A stretch of 64,000 nt of DNA. Origin: Lobosporangium transversale. Lineage: Eukaryota. The stretch covers positions 372,001-436,000 of the forward strand of contig NW_019029003.1 of assembly GCF_002105155.1 (NCBI RefSeq). The letters are read 5' to 3'. Below are positions 1 to 11,562 of this stretch, one piece after another. Made by a program: the position numbers and the translations under genes. Under the pieces are notes generated by a model. That model was not told where the DNA came from and did no database searches. It saw only the letters and a list, made by a program, of their open reading frames with translations. Positions within the stretch are counted from its first letter, which is position 1; each line of letters opens with the position of its first letter.

Positions 1-1
1 G

Positions 2-1075
2 CTCGCAGGAGAGCACTTTTAATAACGTGCCATACTCCATACTGGGTTCCCAAGCAAAGGTTTCCAGATCTTGATACTTTTGTTGTTGAGGCGGGAGCAC
101 CATTCCAAATAGTTTGCTTTCTGTCTTGAGTACATTCCTCAACAGTTTTCGATATCGTGGTTCAAATACCAAGAGATAGCAGGGTATCCGTGGGAAGATG
201 AGAGCATTGATAAACAGTGGGGTCACGGCCAGCGTTGGATCAACCTCTCGTTCCTCGACAGATGAATGATTTTCACTCTCAAAAGTTATTCTTGGGCGAG
301 TGGAAAGATACTGAATGAAGCGCAGAAGTGCCTTGTTGGGTGGTTGATTGTGATAGAACATATACAAAGGTAGCTTGCGTCGACAGAGTGGGCAGTCTGG
401 TTTGTGATCCAGAGAAGTGATAAGGCAGCTCTTACAAAGAGTATGACCACAATAAGTCGTGATAGGATGATCAAAGAGCAGAAAGCAAATTTGACATTCG
501 ACTTCTTGCTGAATTTTTAGACGTAGATTGTCAACAATGGTAGGAATATTGCGATAAAGGGCTGAGGATGAAGCTGAACTTGAGCTGACAACTGGCTCAG
601 TTGGAATGGACATATATGGGTCAAAAAGGCCTTCTAAAGTGGCTTCCCAGGTAGGATCGGCCTCTGTACTGCCGTAAAAGAGGTTGTCTGGTTGATGGTG
701 GGGCCGCTCGTTCTCAGAGTCTTCATGAAGGATGTTGGCAAGGGAATTGGAGTGGAGTGCCGCTGTCCGTAAGATCATTGAGAGATTCTGAAGGGTCACA
801 TCGACGGCTAGTTGGTCCGGTGTGTGTAGACAAGAGCGTGCGCAGGCATTGAAGGGACATCGGATCTGCTGCTGGAAGTCGATGGTTTCCAGAGGTGGGA
901 GACAGCCTTGGCAGACAGTAAAGCCGCAGGGCAGGGTAATAGGATTGAGCAAGAGCTCCTTACAGGTCGGGCACTGAAGTGGACGGTAGGAGCGTGTGGG
1001 AAATAGCGCAGGTGTGGAGGAGGAAAAGGGTGGGGTTCGGGAAAGGATTGTGGTTGATGAGGTGAATCGGTTCAT
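2..1075 (-). CDS. LON peptidase N-terminal domain and RING finger protein (LONRF-like E3 ligase); 3' end runs off the window start
   Basis: Not in the ORF track. Manual translation from ATG at 1075 gives RING1 (CPTCKELLLNPITLPCGFTVCQGC...CPFNAC), RING2 (ECQICFLLFDHPITTYCGHTLCKSC...CPLCR) and LON substrate-binding-domain motifs (PLFINALIFPRIPCYLLVFEPRYR, MEYGTLLKV). Confidence 0.85.
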   Translation of the reverse strand, partial: MNRFTSSTTILSRTPPFSSSTPALFPTRSYRPLQCPTCKELLLNPITLPCGFTVCQGCLPPLETIDFQQQIRCPFNACARSCLHTPDQLAVDVTLQNLSMILRTAALHSNSLANILHEDSENERPHHQPDNLFYGSTEADPTWEATLEGLFDPYMSIPTEPVVSSSSASSSALYRNIPTIVDNLRLKIQQEVECQICFLLFDHPITTYCGHTLCKSCLITSLDHKPDCPLCRRKLPLYMFYHNQPPNKALLRFIQYLSTRPRITFESENHSSVEEREVDPTLAVTPLFINALIFPRIPCYLLVFEPRYRKLLRNVLKTESKLFGMVLPPQQQKYQDLETFAWEPSMEYGTLLKVLSCE

Positions 1076-1774
1076 GGTAACTGTGATGAGGGGAAAGAAT
1101 GAAGAAGGGGAAAAGAAGATGGTTGGGGCGACAACAAGGTGACAGACGAGTGAAAAGAGGGAGGGGAATGTAGAAAAAGGATGTTTGAGTGTTGCACAAT
1201 TTTTCCTGATGCCATTCCTTAAAGAGGCGCTGTTTTTGAATCCATCTAGACTGGGAGCGAAGGAAAAGATGCAAACGTGGCGAAGATGTAAATGATCACA
1301 TTGACTCTGGTGACATGACACTTCACTTGTCCTTGTCTGGTGTCTCTCTTGTCTTTATTTTTATTTTTATTTTTATTTTTTTTTCGATTTAAACATTTAA
1401 AATGACTAAAAAACATTTTTCCCATGCTCTGGAATTGAGACAGGTGTCTATCATTGGAAGCAATAAAAAGCCATGGCCAAGGTTGCCACCAATTTACCAA
1501 TTAACATACAATAGCACAATGGAACAGGGGCAAGATTCAAAGAGATGAAAAAAAAAAAGATCAATCACACGCCACTGGGCTGTGCATTTCCCGCATCAAA
1601 CAACCCTTTTTTCTACAACACCTCTTCTTTTTTTTTTTTTTTCCTTTCTCATTCTTCTTGCATTCCTTGTCTTTTGCCTTTTGCTTACAGCCCTTACTCG
1701 CATAATCTCTTAAATCTTCTTTTCGCCTCTTGCATTCTCACAAAAAAAGAAAGGAATAAAAGATTACCTTTACG

Positions 1775-4700
1775 ATGTACCCTCAATCAGGACATCCCTA
1801 TGGCCATCCTCAACCTGGCCACCATGCCCAACAACATCCCCAGCAACCGCCTCCACCTTATGGCTGGACTGGTTACCCTCAGGTGCCTGTTAGTTCACCT
1901 TACACCCCTCTTCCGCACCTACACCAGCCAAGCCAGCATCCACACGCACACGCGCACACAGCACAGCATCATCCATATTACCAGGCTGCTCACCGTCCGA
2001 CTTCGCCTTCACCTTCGTCAGAGCCCTCACGACCTCTCTCTGGAGGATCCTACCATCCCACGCAGTATCCACCTCATCAACCCCTCTCGCCTGCCCCTCC
2101 ATACTATGCACAGCAAGCTTCATCCTTGCCTGCGAGTCCTTCAGTCGTACTGCCTTCTTCCTCGGTTTCAATTGCTCCAACAATGCATCCAACAACACCA
2201 ACTTCGCCAGGGGCTCCTCCCATTTTTTACAAGGCAGAGATGACTGAGAGTCAAGCCCAGACCTGGAAGCAACAACGCGTCCAACAGAATATCAAGGTTG
2301 AGGTCTCTTCATCTACAACACAATCCATTAATACACCACCTTCCTCTTCATCCACTTCTTCCTCTGCGTATCGTCCTGTTCAAACATCGCAACAGCAAAC
2401 ACAACCAGAGCTGCAGCGTAAAACCCAATTGCAGGCACTGCACAATCGCCAGAGTAGTAGTTTCAATGCTGGGCCCCCTTCGCCACAGCCATCTGCCTCC
2501 TGGAGCCATTCCTCTAGTGGTGCTAGTCCAAGCTCTGCACACAGCCCCTATCCTCCCACAACACCTTTGTCGCACACAGCAGCCGCATCGATGCAACCCA
2601 TGCCTGTGGAATATCAATCTTCTCTGACGGACAACATTCCGATACCAAACTATGACCGGGATTCATCACTGACGACACTCGATCCTGCGCCTGCTGTGAC
2701 GACAGGTATCAATGCCAGAGTCTCACGGCCATATTCATCCACTCAGGACAGACCTGCAATCCAACCACTTCAGGGATACCCGTCTGCAATTGAGCACCAA
2801 TCGTCACTGACAGAGATGGACGCAACATCTCGGACTAGCTCTGGAGTCTATTCTCCTAGTCGAACGGAATCAGGACTAGGATCGGGCTCGGGACCAGGAT
2901 TTAGTGGACGGAGCTCCCAGTTCAGCTCAACTCAGTATCCGAATCGTCAGAGCCCTAACCAGTCGCCATATCCATCAGCTATCGAAAATCAGTCGTCCCT
3001 TACAGAAGTCGACAACCTTCCATTCCCAATCGAAGCCCAGTCAGCATTGACCGAGATAGACGATCGACCCTATCCAATTGAGGAGCAATCGGCCCTTACT
3101 GAGGTCGACAATCTACCTCATCCATTGAAAGAGCAATCGGCTTTGACAGAAGTCGACAATCTACCCCACCCTCTGGAATCACAGTCGGCTCTCACTGAAA
3201 TCGACAATCTGCCACATCCATTGGAAGCCCAGTCGCCCTTGACAGAGGTCGACAACCGACCGTATGTACTTTCGGGACAATCTTCATTAACAGAAGTGGA
3301 TGAGTCAATCGAGAAGCTCAGACAAACAGGGCTCACAGCCACAAAGGACGGCATTAAGCTTAAGCCAAAGACGGCGCCATCATCTGAACCAACAACGTCC
3401 ACCGCAATTACGACCGCAACTGCCGTGGCCTTCTCTACCACTAGCACAGATGTTGACGCGAACGCGGACGCGGACGTGGACGTGGACGCAGGTGCGGAAG
3501 ATAAGGACATCGACTCTGCTTCATCACCTGTCTCACCTGCAATGAAGGCGCTTACGGACGTAGCTGCGTCCTCATTCTCAATGAGCAACTGGACGATGCC
3601 ATCCGACTTTACAAACCCTATGGCCCTGAAGGAGAATGAGTCTCTTGATGATGTGAAGAACCTATTGTCGCCAACGGGTAGTCTTCATAAACGATCGCCA
3701 GCCACCATACACATCGACACTACCCTGGCAGAAGCGGGCCGTTCAACCCCTGTCCTTGAAAGAACTGAAAGTACTAGCCTAAATCCAATTACACCCACGA
3801 TAACCAACGGCTTTCCTGTTCCGGAATCACCAATACCGAAATCTCTATTATCATCTGGTTCGCTTACAAGAAAGGCTAAAAGCCCTGTTAGTGGAACTCC
3901 TCCGATCCCAGCACCCAAACCTGCAGCGCTTACAGCCGCAAAAGCTAGCCACCCACAAGCAGGTTCTTCAGGCTCGAAGCCCACGATTTCGGAAGAGGTT
4001 TATATTCCCTTTCCGACGGAAAGGGTTGATCTCATTCCTGTGCAGGATGCCCCTCTTCTGCAAGAAGAAAACGAGGGTGATGAGGATGAGAATGATGATG
4101 ATGAGGAGGAGGAGGAGGATGATCTTGATCATGTGGATGATGGTGTAAGTGCCTTTATCCGAGAACTACAGTCAAGCATGCCTTTGTCACGATCAGGATC
4201 CGGTAGCAGATCGGTTTTAGATCCACTCATAAATGAAGACCTTGGTGCTATCAGACGATCTGACAGCAGCAGTAGTCAGACCAGCCAGCAAAAAGGTGTA
4301 GACTTTGGAGCTGAAGTGCCAAAACAGCCCACTGTGGAGCCTCAGCAGGCAGTAACAGCCATGACAGCTAGCGAAGAAGGACAAGATAACTTTCAATATG
4401 AGGATGACTTGCAACAGCTGGAGGCAACGCAGTTTGAATGGACCTTTACAGAATCAGAGCAAGCTACCTACGAGCGTATCTTTGGACTTTGGGAGCGTCC
4501 AGCAGAGGAGTGTGTATCATGTGAGTATAACATCTACATTTTATAATCAAATTTTGTTTAATGGTATTCAGGATTCTGGTAATCTGTAAACTATACAACG
4601 TTCTGATACGCTTTTTTTTTTTTTTTTTTTTTTAGCCGATATTGCTGGGAAGGTCTTCATGACACTTGGACTCCCGAATAGCGATCTCTACAAAATATGG

Positions 4701-5840
4701 TGAGTCTCTGATTTAGAATACACAGATGTGCATAAACTGTTTATTACTATTATTATTACTATTATTCCTTTGAGAGGATTCTCATTACGTGCATTAAAAA
4801 TATACAATACTCGGATGCGTATAGGCAACTGTTAAACCCGGAAGAAAAACCGGCGTTGACACGAACGGAGTTTATCGCGGGTCTTCATCTTGTGAACTGT
4901 AAGGCCATTGGTTATGAGTTACCGACGGAACTCCCAGACGAACTCATGCTCTCGGCAGCAGCAGTTGGTCGAGTTAGTCTGCCGCCCCGTCCTATCCAAG
5001 GCCCATCTACCCTACTCTCAAACGGCTCTGAACCCACATTTTCGGCAGTTACAACAGCGGCAGCAAAGGAGTCATCTTCCTTCATGTTACCCCTTCCAGT
5101 GCCTATGGTTCAGGAACAGAGCACAATCGCAAGTTCCCCGGGTAATTCTGATTTTATGAACATGTACAACCCACTTTTGGGTACTTTTAATTCACCTCCG
5201 GGCGCCTTCAACCCATCTGAGCTCAGCCAAGGACAACAAAAGCCTGACGAGTCAGATATCTATGTTGCATATCCATATCAACCACCACAACCACCTTTCC
5301 CACATCAGGATTATCAGGAGTTGCACCAGCACCAGCAATATGACTCTGTCCCTCAACCGGGTCATGTCTCATTTGAGTATCAGTATCAGCCAAGTCTACA
5401 TCAATACTCTTATGAAGATGCAATGCCAGCAGCTCCACATCCCAAACCACACCCACCTGTTGCTCCTGAAACACCTGTGACACCCTCGAAACCAGGTCCA
5501 CACGCGCTGCATGATCTGCCCGCAGATGCTCCTGTGTTTTTGTCGATGGAAGATGAGCTGCTTTTGCGAAATAGTGGTCATGATCGTCCTAGGTCTGCAG
5601 CACCCGATGTTATACAGCCGTCAAGCTCATCGTTCCAAGCAAGCCCATCATCTTCCTCACAGCCACCCACGGCCACACAACCATCAGCTGGAGCTATTAT
5701 CAAGAACCGGCATTCTGTGGACAATCCAGATTTGTATCTCTCACCCCCGGATGCTTGGGATCATGATGATGCGCCGCCAGAGTTGGATGTCGAGGGTAGC
5801 TATATCAAGTATCGATGTAAGTTATAAGGGGAGGTTGTAG

Positions 5841-5878
<38 letters not shown>

Positions 5879-6795
5879 CATCATTTTACTTACATTTTTT
5901 AAACACACACATGCGCACATGTCCACAAAACTTTTTTTAATAGCCGATTTCAAGAACGACATGACAGTGTCAGCTTCTGTCACAGCCAACCATCCGATCA
6001 ATCCCCAGTGCGGTTTGTTTTACTTTGAAATCACGATTGACGCCTACAAGGAGGTTAAAGGCAGTACTATGAGTGTGGGCATTGCCAGCAAAGCATTGCG
6101 GAAGAATTGTCAAGTTGGCTGGGACTTGAACTCTTGGGGTTACCATAGTGATGATGGATACCTGTACTTTGGAAATGGTAAACAATCCATCAAGTACGCA
6201 TACGAATACAAGGAGAATGATGTCGTGGGTTGTGGTATCAATTTTGTGGACCGTGCAGTGTTCTTTACGTTGAATGGAGATATGTTGGGGGTGGCCTTCC
6301 GGTTCATCAAGGACACAATCCCTCTGTACCCAGCCATCGGCCTGTCCCATGCTGGCACAGAAATCAATGCCAACTTTGGAGACCAGACATTCTTGTTTAA
6401 CATTGTGGACTACAAGAAGGTAAGGAAAAGACGTGTTCTTTTTTTTTTTTTTTTATAAATATATAGCTTGCTTGCTGATCAAAAAATTTATATCCTTTAA
6501 ACTTTTTTTTTTTTTTTTTTTTTTTCCACAGAGAATCATGTCCAAACCTGTTCAAGCTCCACAACTGATTACATGGAATAACGGTGTCAGGAATGACAAG
6601 ATCTTCAAAGTCTTATCAGACGGTCTCTCTGTCATTGCCCATGATCTTTCAATGGGGATGAAAGGGAGGTCATCTTCTGCTGCTTGTTCTGGATGTATTC
6701 GTGGGCCAAAGGTCTCACCTCGCGATAAGGATGTCTTTTATTTCGAGGTTACTATTCTCTACATGCCACCAACCAATCTCGGGTAGGTATATGTT

Positions 6796-6827
<32 letters not shown>

Positions 6828-7422
6828 GTCTCGCATTGTTATTATTGTTATTAATTTTATGCGACGTATATATACATATTACTCACGACTCCGATTACTA
6901 CATTACTACCACTGCTTTTTTAGAACGATTGTGGTTGGCATCTGTGGCAAGGATCAGAGCATGACTGAGACCTTGGGCTGGAAGGAGAATTCGTATGGTT
7001 ATTCAAGTGATGAAAACTTTTTATCACTCTCCAACAACCGGCCTAGCCTAAATGCACGTTCACAGTCTGGGAAGATGAAGGCACGTGCCCGTGGTCAACC
7101 TTTTAAAGCAGGATCCATTGTTGGATGTGGTGTTGATTTTGCGTCCCGGGAGATTTTCTTTACACTTAATGGTGAATGCCTAGGTCAGGCGTTCTATGGA
7201 GTGGATGTGTTGGATTGTTACCCATGTGTGTCTGTTGTGGAGGAAGGTGGGGGAGTGGGAGGACCTCTGTCACAGACACATTACCTCAACAGAGAGCAAT
7301 CTACTTTAAGTCAGTTCTCATCATCGAACAACAACACGATCGGATTTGAATTCAAGGCCAACTTTGGACAATACCCATTCGTCTTTGATCTTCCAGAATT
7401 TGAAGCATCAGAGGGACAATAA
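1775..7422 (+). CDS. Large protein with Pro/Gln/Ser-rich N-terminus, 16-aa tandem repeats, an EH (Eps15 homology) domain and two SPRY domains; about 6 exons
   Basis: ORFs 1775-4546, 4856-5827, 5919-6458 and 6859-7422 join through GT-AG introns (approx. 4522-4635, 4700-4824, 5817-5944, 6420-6531, 6783-6923). EH: WTFTESEQATYERIF...LPNSDLYKIWQL...LTRTEFIAGLHLV...LPTELP. SPRY: FYFEITI...VGWDLNSWGYHSDDG...VVGCGINF...FFTLNG...ANFG, present twice. Confidence 0.8.
2969..3304 (+). repeat. Coding tandem repeat, about 7 x 48 bp (16 aa; consensus P-[YFH]-P-[IL]-E-x-QSALTEVDNL)
   Basis: Visible in the translation: YPSAIENQSSLTEVDNLP FPIEAQSALTEIDDRP YPIEEQSALTEVDNLP HPLKEQSALTEVDNLP HPLESQSALTEIDNLP HPLEAQSPLTEVDNRP YVLSGQSSLTEVDE. 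Confidence 0.9.
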
Positions 7423-7945
7423 TGACTAATAAATGATAATAATCATATATAATAATCATTATAAAAAAATAAAAATAAAATAAAAAAAAGCTCTTCAATT
7501 AGAGTCTACAATAAACAGCATTAACGAAGGAGGAAAAAAAAAAAAAAAAAAAAAAAAAGGTACCAAACAAATTACACATTTTTTGAAAGAACACTAGTGG
7601 GATGCATTAAAAAAAAACAAGGAGACAATGAAATGATTGTTAGATTGTTATATGCATAGAATCGCTGTCAGTGCGTCAATGATGGATATACTACACAAAC
7701 ACGTTGTTTTTGCACGCGAAGGAATAGTGCGGGAAAAAAATAAAAATAAAAATAAAAAATAAAAAATAAAGCTTCGAAAGACGGGAAAAAGCTCTCTGTG
7801 CATATTCATTAGTGTTGTCATGATGATAGTCTAATATGCAATTACGAGTAAAAATTTATTCTTTTTGGCTCTTAAGACGCGTTTATCAATATTAGCCAGT
7901 AAAGAGATAATTAGAGTTGGGAAAAAGTTCGTAGGAAGAGAAGGG

Positions 7946-7990
<45 letters not shown>

Positions 7991-8864
7991 AACTTTAGTT
8001 CGTTTTCCATCAAAAAAAAAAAAAAAAAAAACCCCCAAGTTTTGGACAGCAATGCAATGATGAGAGTTCATTGATATGTAAAAAAAGATTGGTGATCAAT
8101 TGGATTGGTATGTTGATGTTAATGCATATTGTCCATCCTCTCTGTCTGTTCTCTTCTTACAACAGACCATCTGCTGCACAGCTATGACGGAAATAAAAAT
8201 TGGAACAAGGGACAAGGCATGAGGGCAGAGATGGAACATTAATTAAAGAACTTGCTTCTTTTTTTTTTTTTTTTTTTTTTTTTTCTTTTTTACATGTATA
8301 TTTTTTATTATTTTTAAGATAATTAAAGAACTTGCTTTGGTTTTTTGACGTAAAATTGAACAAGTGGAAAGGAGCCCGTTTAGATGTGCTATATCGTTAT
8401 ATCGCTGTATCGTTGTATCTTATAAATATCGTGATATTTTCATGCAAGTGAGTAGAGTGATGAAAGTAATGATGATGATGATGATCTTTCTATTTATTTA
8501 ATGATCTTTTTTATTATCACTACTAGAACCCAGTAGGAAACGAGATCGGCTCCCATAATCCCATTACAACCTGTTTTTTTTTTTTTTTTTTTTTTTTTTT
8601 TAGTTTGTTAGTTAATGATACACATGATATATATGTATGTATAATGCTGTTGAGGCTGACAAACAAGGAGAAAGTAGTTTGATGAAGACACACCCGGTTA
8701 TTAGGAATAAGATAATCAGGGCAGGGGATAATGGAATAAATCATTTAATGCAAGGGCTTTTTATTTTTATTTTTTATACATACTGTTCCTTTGGATAATC
8801 CTTTGTTACACAGATGCTAAACTATCGCTGACAATGATGACACCAAGATATGATGTTTATATTT

Positions 8865-8898
<34 letters not shown>

Positions 8899-9490
8899 AA
8901 ATGCAGGAGACAGAGAACATGTATTGTAGTTGAACATTGTCAATTTGATCTCACATGGTTTTTTTTTTTGATATCTCCGAGGTGGCCATGTTAGGTCCAG
9001 AGAAACATTTTCAGCCTGTTTGTTCATGACTTGTTTGACTGATATGGTAGATGTGGTAAAAGTGTATGTGTGCAGTACGGATGAGACATTTAAAAGAAGT
9101 GACGAAAATCAAATATAATATCTGCATCTTGTCCATTTGCTTTCTTGCTTTGGGCGGTACTTTATACAAATGTACTATTCTCAAGAAAGAAATCGATGGG
9201 GTCTCGGTAAGGGATGCGATTGAAGGGTAAATCAAAGAAGAAAAAAAAAGAAGCCATGGTACCGTAGACTATTCTAACTAGCAGGTGATGACTTTTTAGT
9301 CTGTTTCCCATGGTCCTTCTTCTTGGTCAAAAAGGAGATTATTCGGATACGGACCTTTTTTTATTTTTTACGCCAACTTTTTTTGTTCGTAGTTGAACTG
9401 TAGTAGCGCGATTATGAAGCAATCGTTCATTTATTTATTTTTTTTTTAATGGCGCTATGCAATAAAGGCTATTTTGTCAGTAAAAGAAAG

Positions 9491-9522
<32 letters not shown>

Positions 9523-10401
9523 TGATGCAGCTGCGTTGGAGAGGGTACCAGAGACTATCACCCCACGATAGTGGGATAGTATAGAATTGTAGATAATCGT
9601 ATTTACAAAGATGAAGAAAGTAAGCAAAGCTCGAGCGCAACGTCATAGTTGTTTGGAGCTTGTTTTTCCTGTTCCTTGTTTAAGGTCTGGTGTTCCAAGC
9701 TTTGCTCAAGTCGAAAAAGCCATTTTGTTCCTTTGCGGCGTCCTGACCATAAAAAAACAAAAACGCACTCTCGAAAAAAAAAAAAGTTTGTGCTTGGGGT
9801 CGCTTGGGGTCACGAAAGCAAGAGATTCCAAGGACCCAAAAAAAGAAAAAGTAATGACGCGGGTGTCACTCTTTATTTTTTGATGATGTCATAATGCTTC
9901 ATTGAATGATACAAAAAAAGAAGAGAATTTTGTATCACCATTATTCAATTGAATTGATTAAGCATCCAAGACAAACAAGATTCATTAGCATTTTGCATAT
10001 TTGCATTTGCATATTTGCATATGGAATACAGTACTGAACTACAAACAACTTTGTAGATCGCTCATTGTGGAGAGGGGTATTGTTGGTATAACATGACTGC
10101 AAAGCTGATATAGTTCTGTACAAGTTAGTTTTACTAGACACAACGGTCCAGTTGATGACGCAGAGTATACAGATTATAGCGGCGCCAACCCTTTAATTTT
10201 TTTTTTTTTTTTTTTTTTTTTTCCAAAAAGAAAAACAAAGTTGTCACGAACTAGTTAGGTCGAGATGAAATGCCGATCTAGTGATTCTAGTCGTGCGCAG
10301 ATTAGGCGTGAGAGAATGTATACAGTTCCATCAGATCGCAACTGTATCTTGGTCGTTGTATATTGGCTTCATTTAATAGGATAAAAGGTATGATGAAAAA
10401 C

Positions 10402-10437
<36 letters not shown>

Positions 10438-11189
10438 TCATGTCGTTGTCATGATTGATCCCTTTGGGTTAAAACTTCATTTCTCCTTTAAAAAAAAAAT
10501 CACTCGAGGTCTTTTGAGCACGCTAAATTGGTCTGGTCTAGTCCGGTTTCGTATTATCTTATTTAGAACAAAAAATAATAGTAATAATAATAACAATAAT
10601 AATAATAAATAAATAAAAAGTAGGAAATGGCTCTGGTCTTCATTCAAGCTGTGCTTAATATACACCAGTCCTTCATTTCAGTAAAGTCTTGATCAGAGAG
10701 AAAGAGGATTGTCCGATGAGGAGCGAATTCATCAAGGATCCTTTTGATCATTTCGACTAAAAAGCCTTTTTTGGTGTGACCTGTTTTTTCTATTTTTTTG
10801 TTTGGAATGGATAATTTATATACATATATATAAAATTCAATTCATTTCGCAAGTAGAAAAGGTATATATATATATATATATAATACATATATAACAGACT
10901 TGTTTTTAACCTATTCAATTCGGTCAATCACCATTCAATCATCTTAGCGTCTTTAATATAAACATTGATATTATTAATATACATATATATATAATATAAT
11001 ATAAATGGATAAAATGAGTATTAAATATACATATATGAATTACTGTTACGGTATATATTTTATATACATACAGTAGATAGATGTATTTTGTATCCTGCAT
11101 TTATATTTAGTTTCAATTGCATCCATTGGCAGGACAGAACCCAGCCCAGCCGTTTTTTTCTTTTCATTATTATTTGCCACCAGCCACAC

Positions 11190-11223
<34 letters not shown>

Positions 11224-11334
11224 CTTCTTCTTTGTTTGCTATTGTTGTTTGTCTGTAAGAGTCGTTTGTAAGAGTCGTTTGTCGTTCATTGCTGCTATTC
11301 TATAGACATGCACACTCTAAAGAAATACCAACTC

Positions 11335-11562
11335 TTACTCTCTCTCTCTCTCTCTCTCTCTTTTTCTTTTTCTTTTTCTTTTTCTTTTTCTTTTTCTTTT
11401 TCTTTTTCTTTTTCTTTTTCTTTTTCTTTTTCTTTTTCTTTTTCTTTTTCTTTATTCTTTTTCGATTCAGTCTTGATTTTTTAAATAGAAATATTTATAT
11501 CTAAATAAATGCTGAATAAATGCTGAATAAATGCTGAATAAATGCTGAATAATTACTGAATA
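11335..11562. repeat. Microsatellite cluster: (CT)n, (TTTTTC)n and an 11-bp repeat (ATGCTGAATAA) in about 4-5 copies
   Basis: Read directly from the sequence. Confidence 0.9.

Noticed and set aside
11508..11562. 11-bp direct repeats as a CRISPR-like array
   Set aside because: No spacers and a eukaryotic context; a simple minisatellite.
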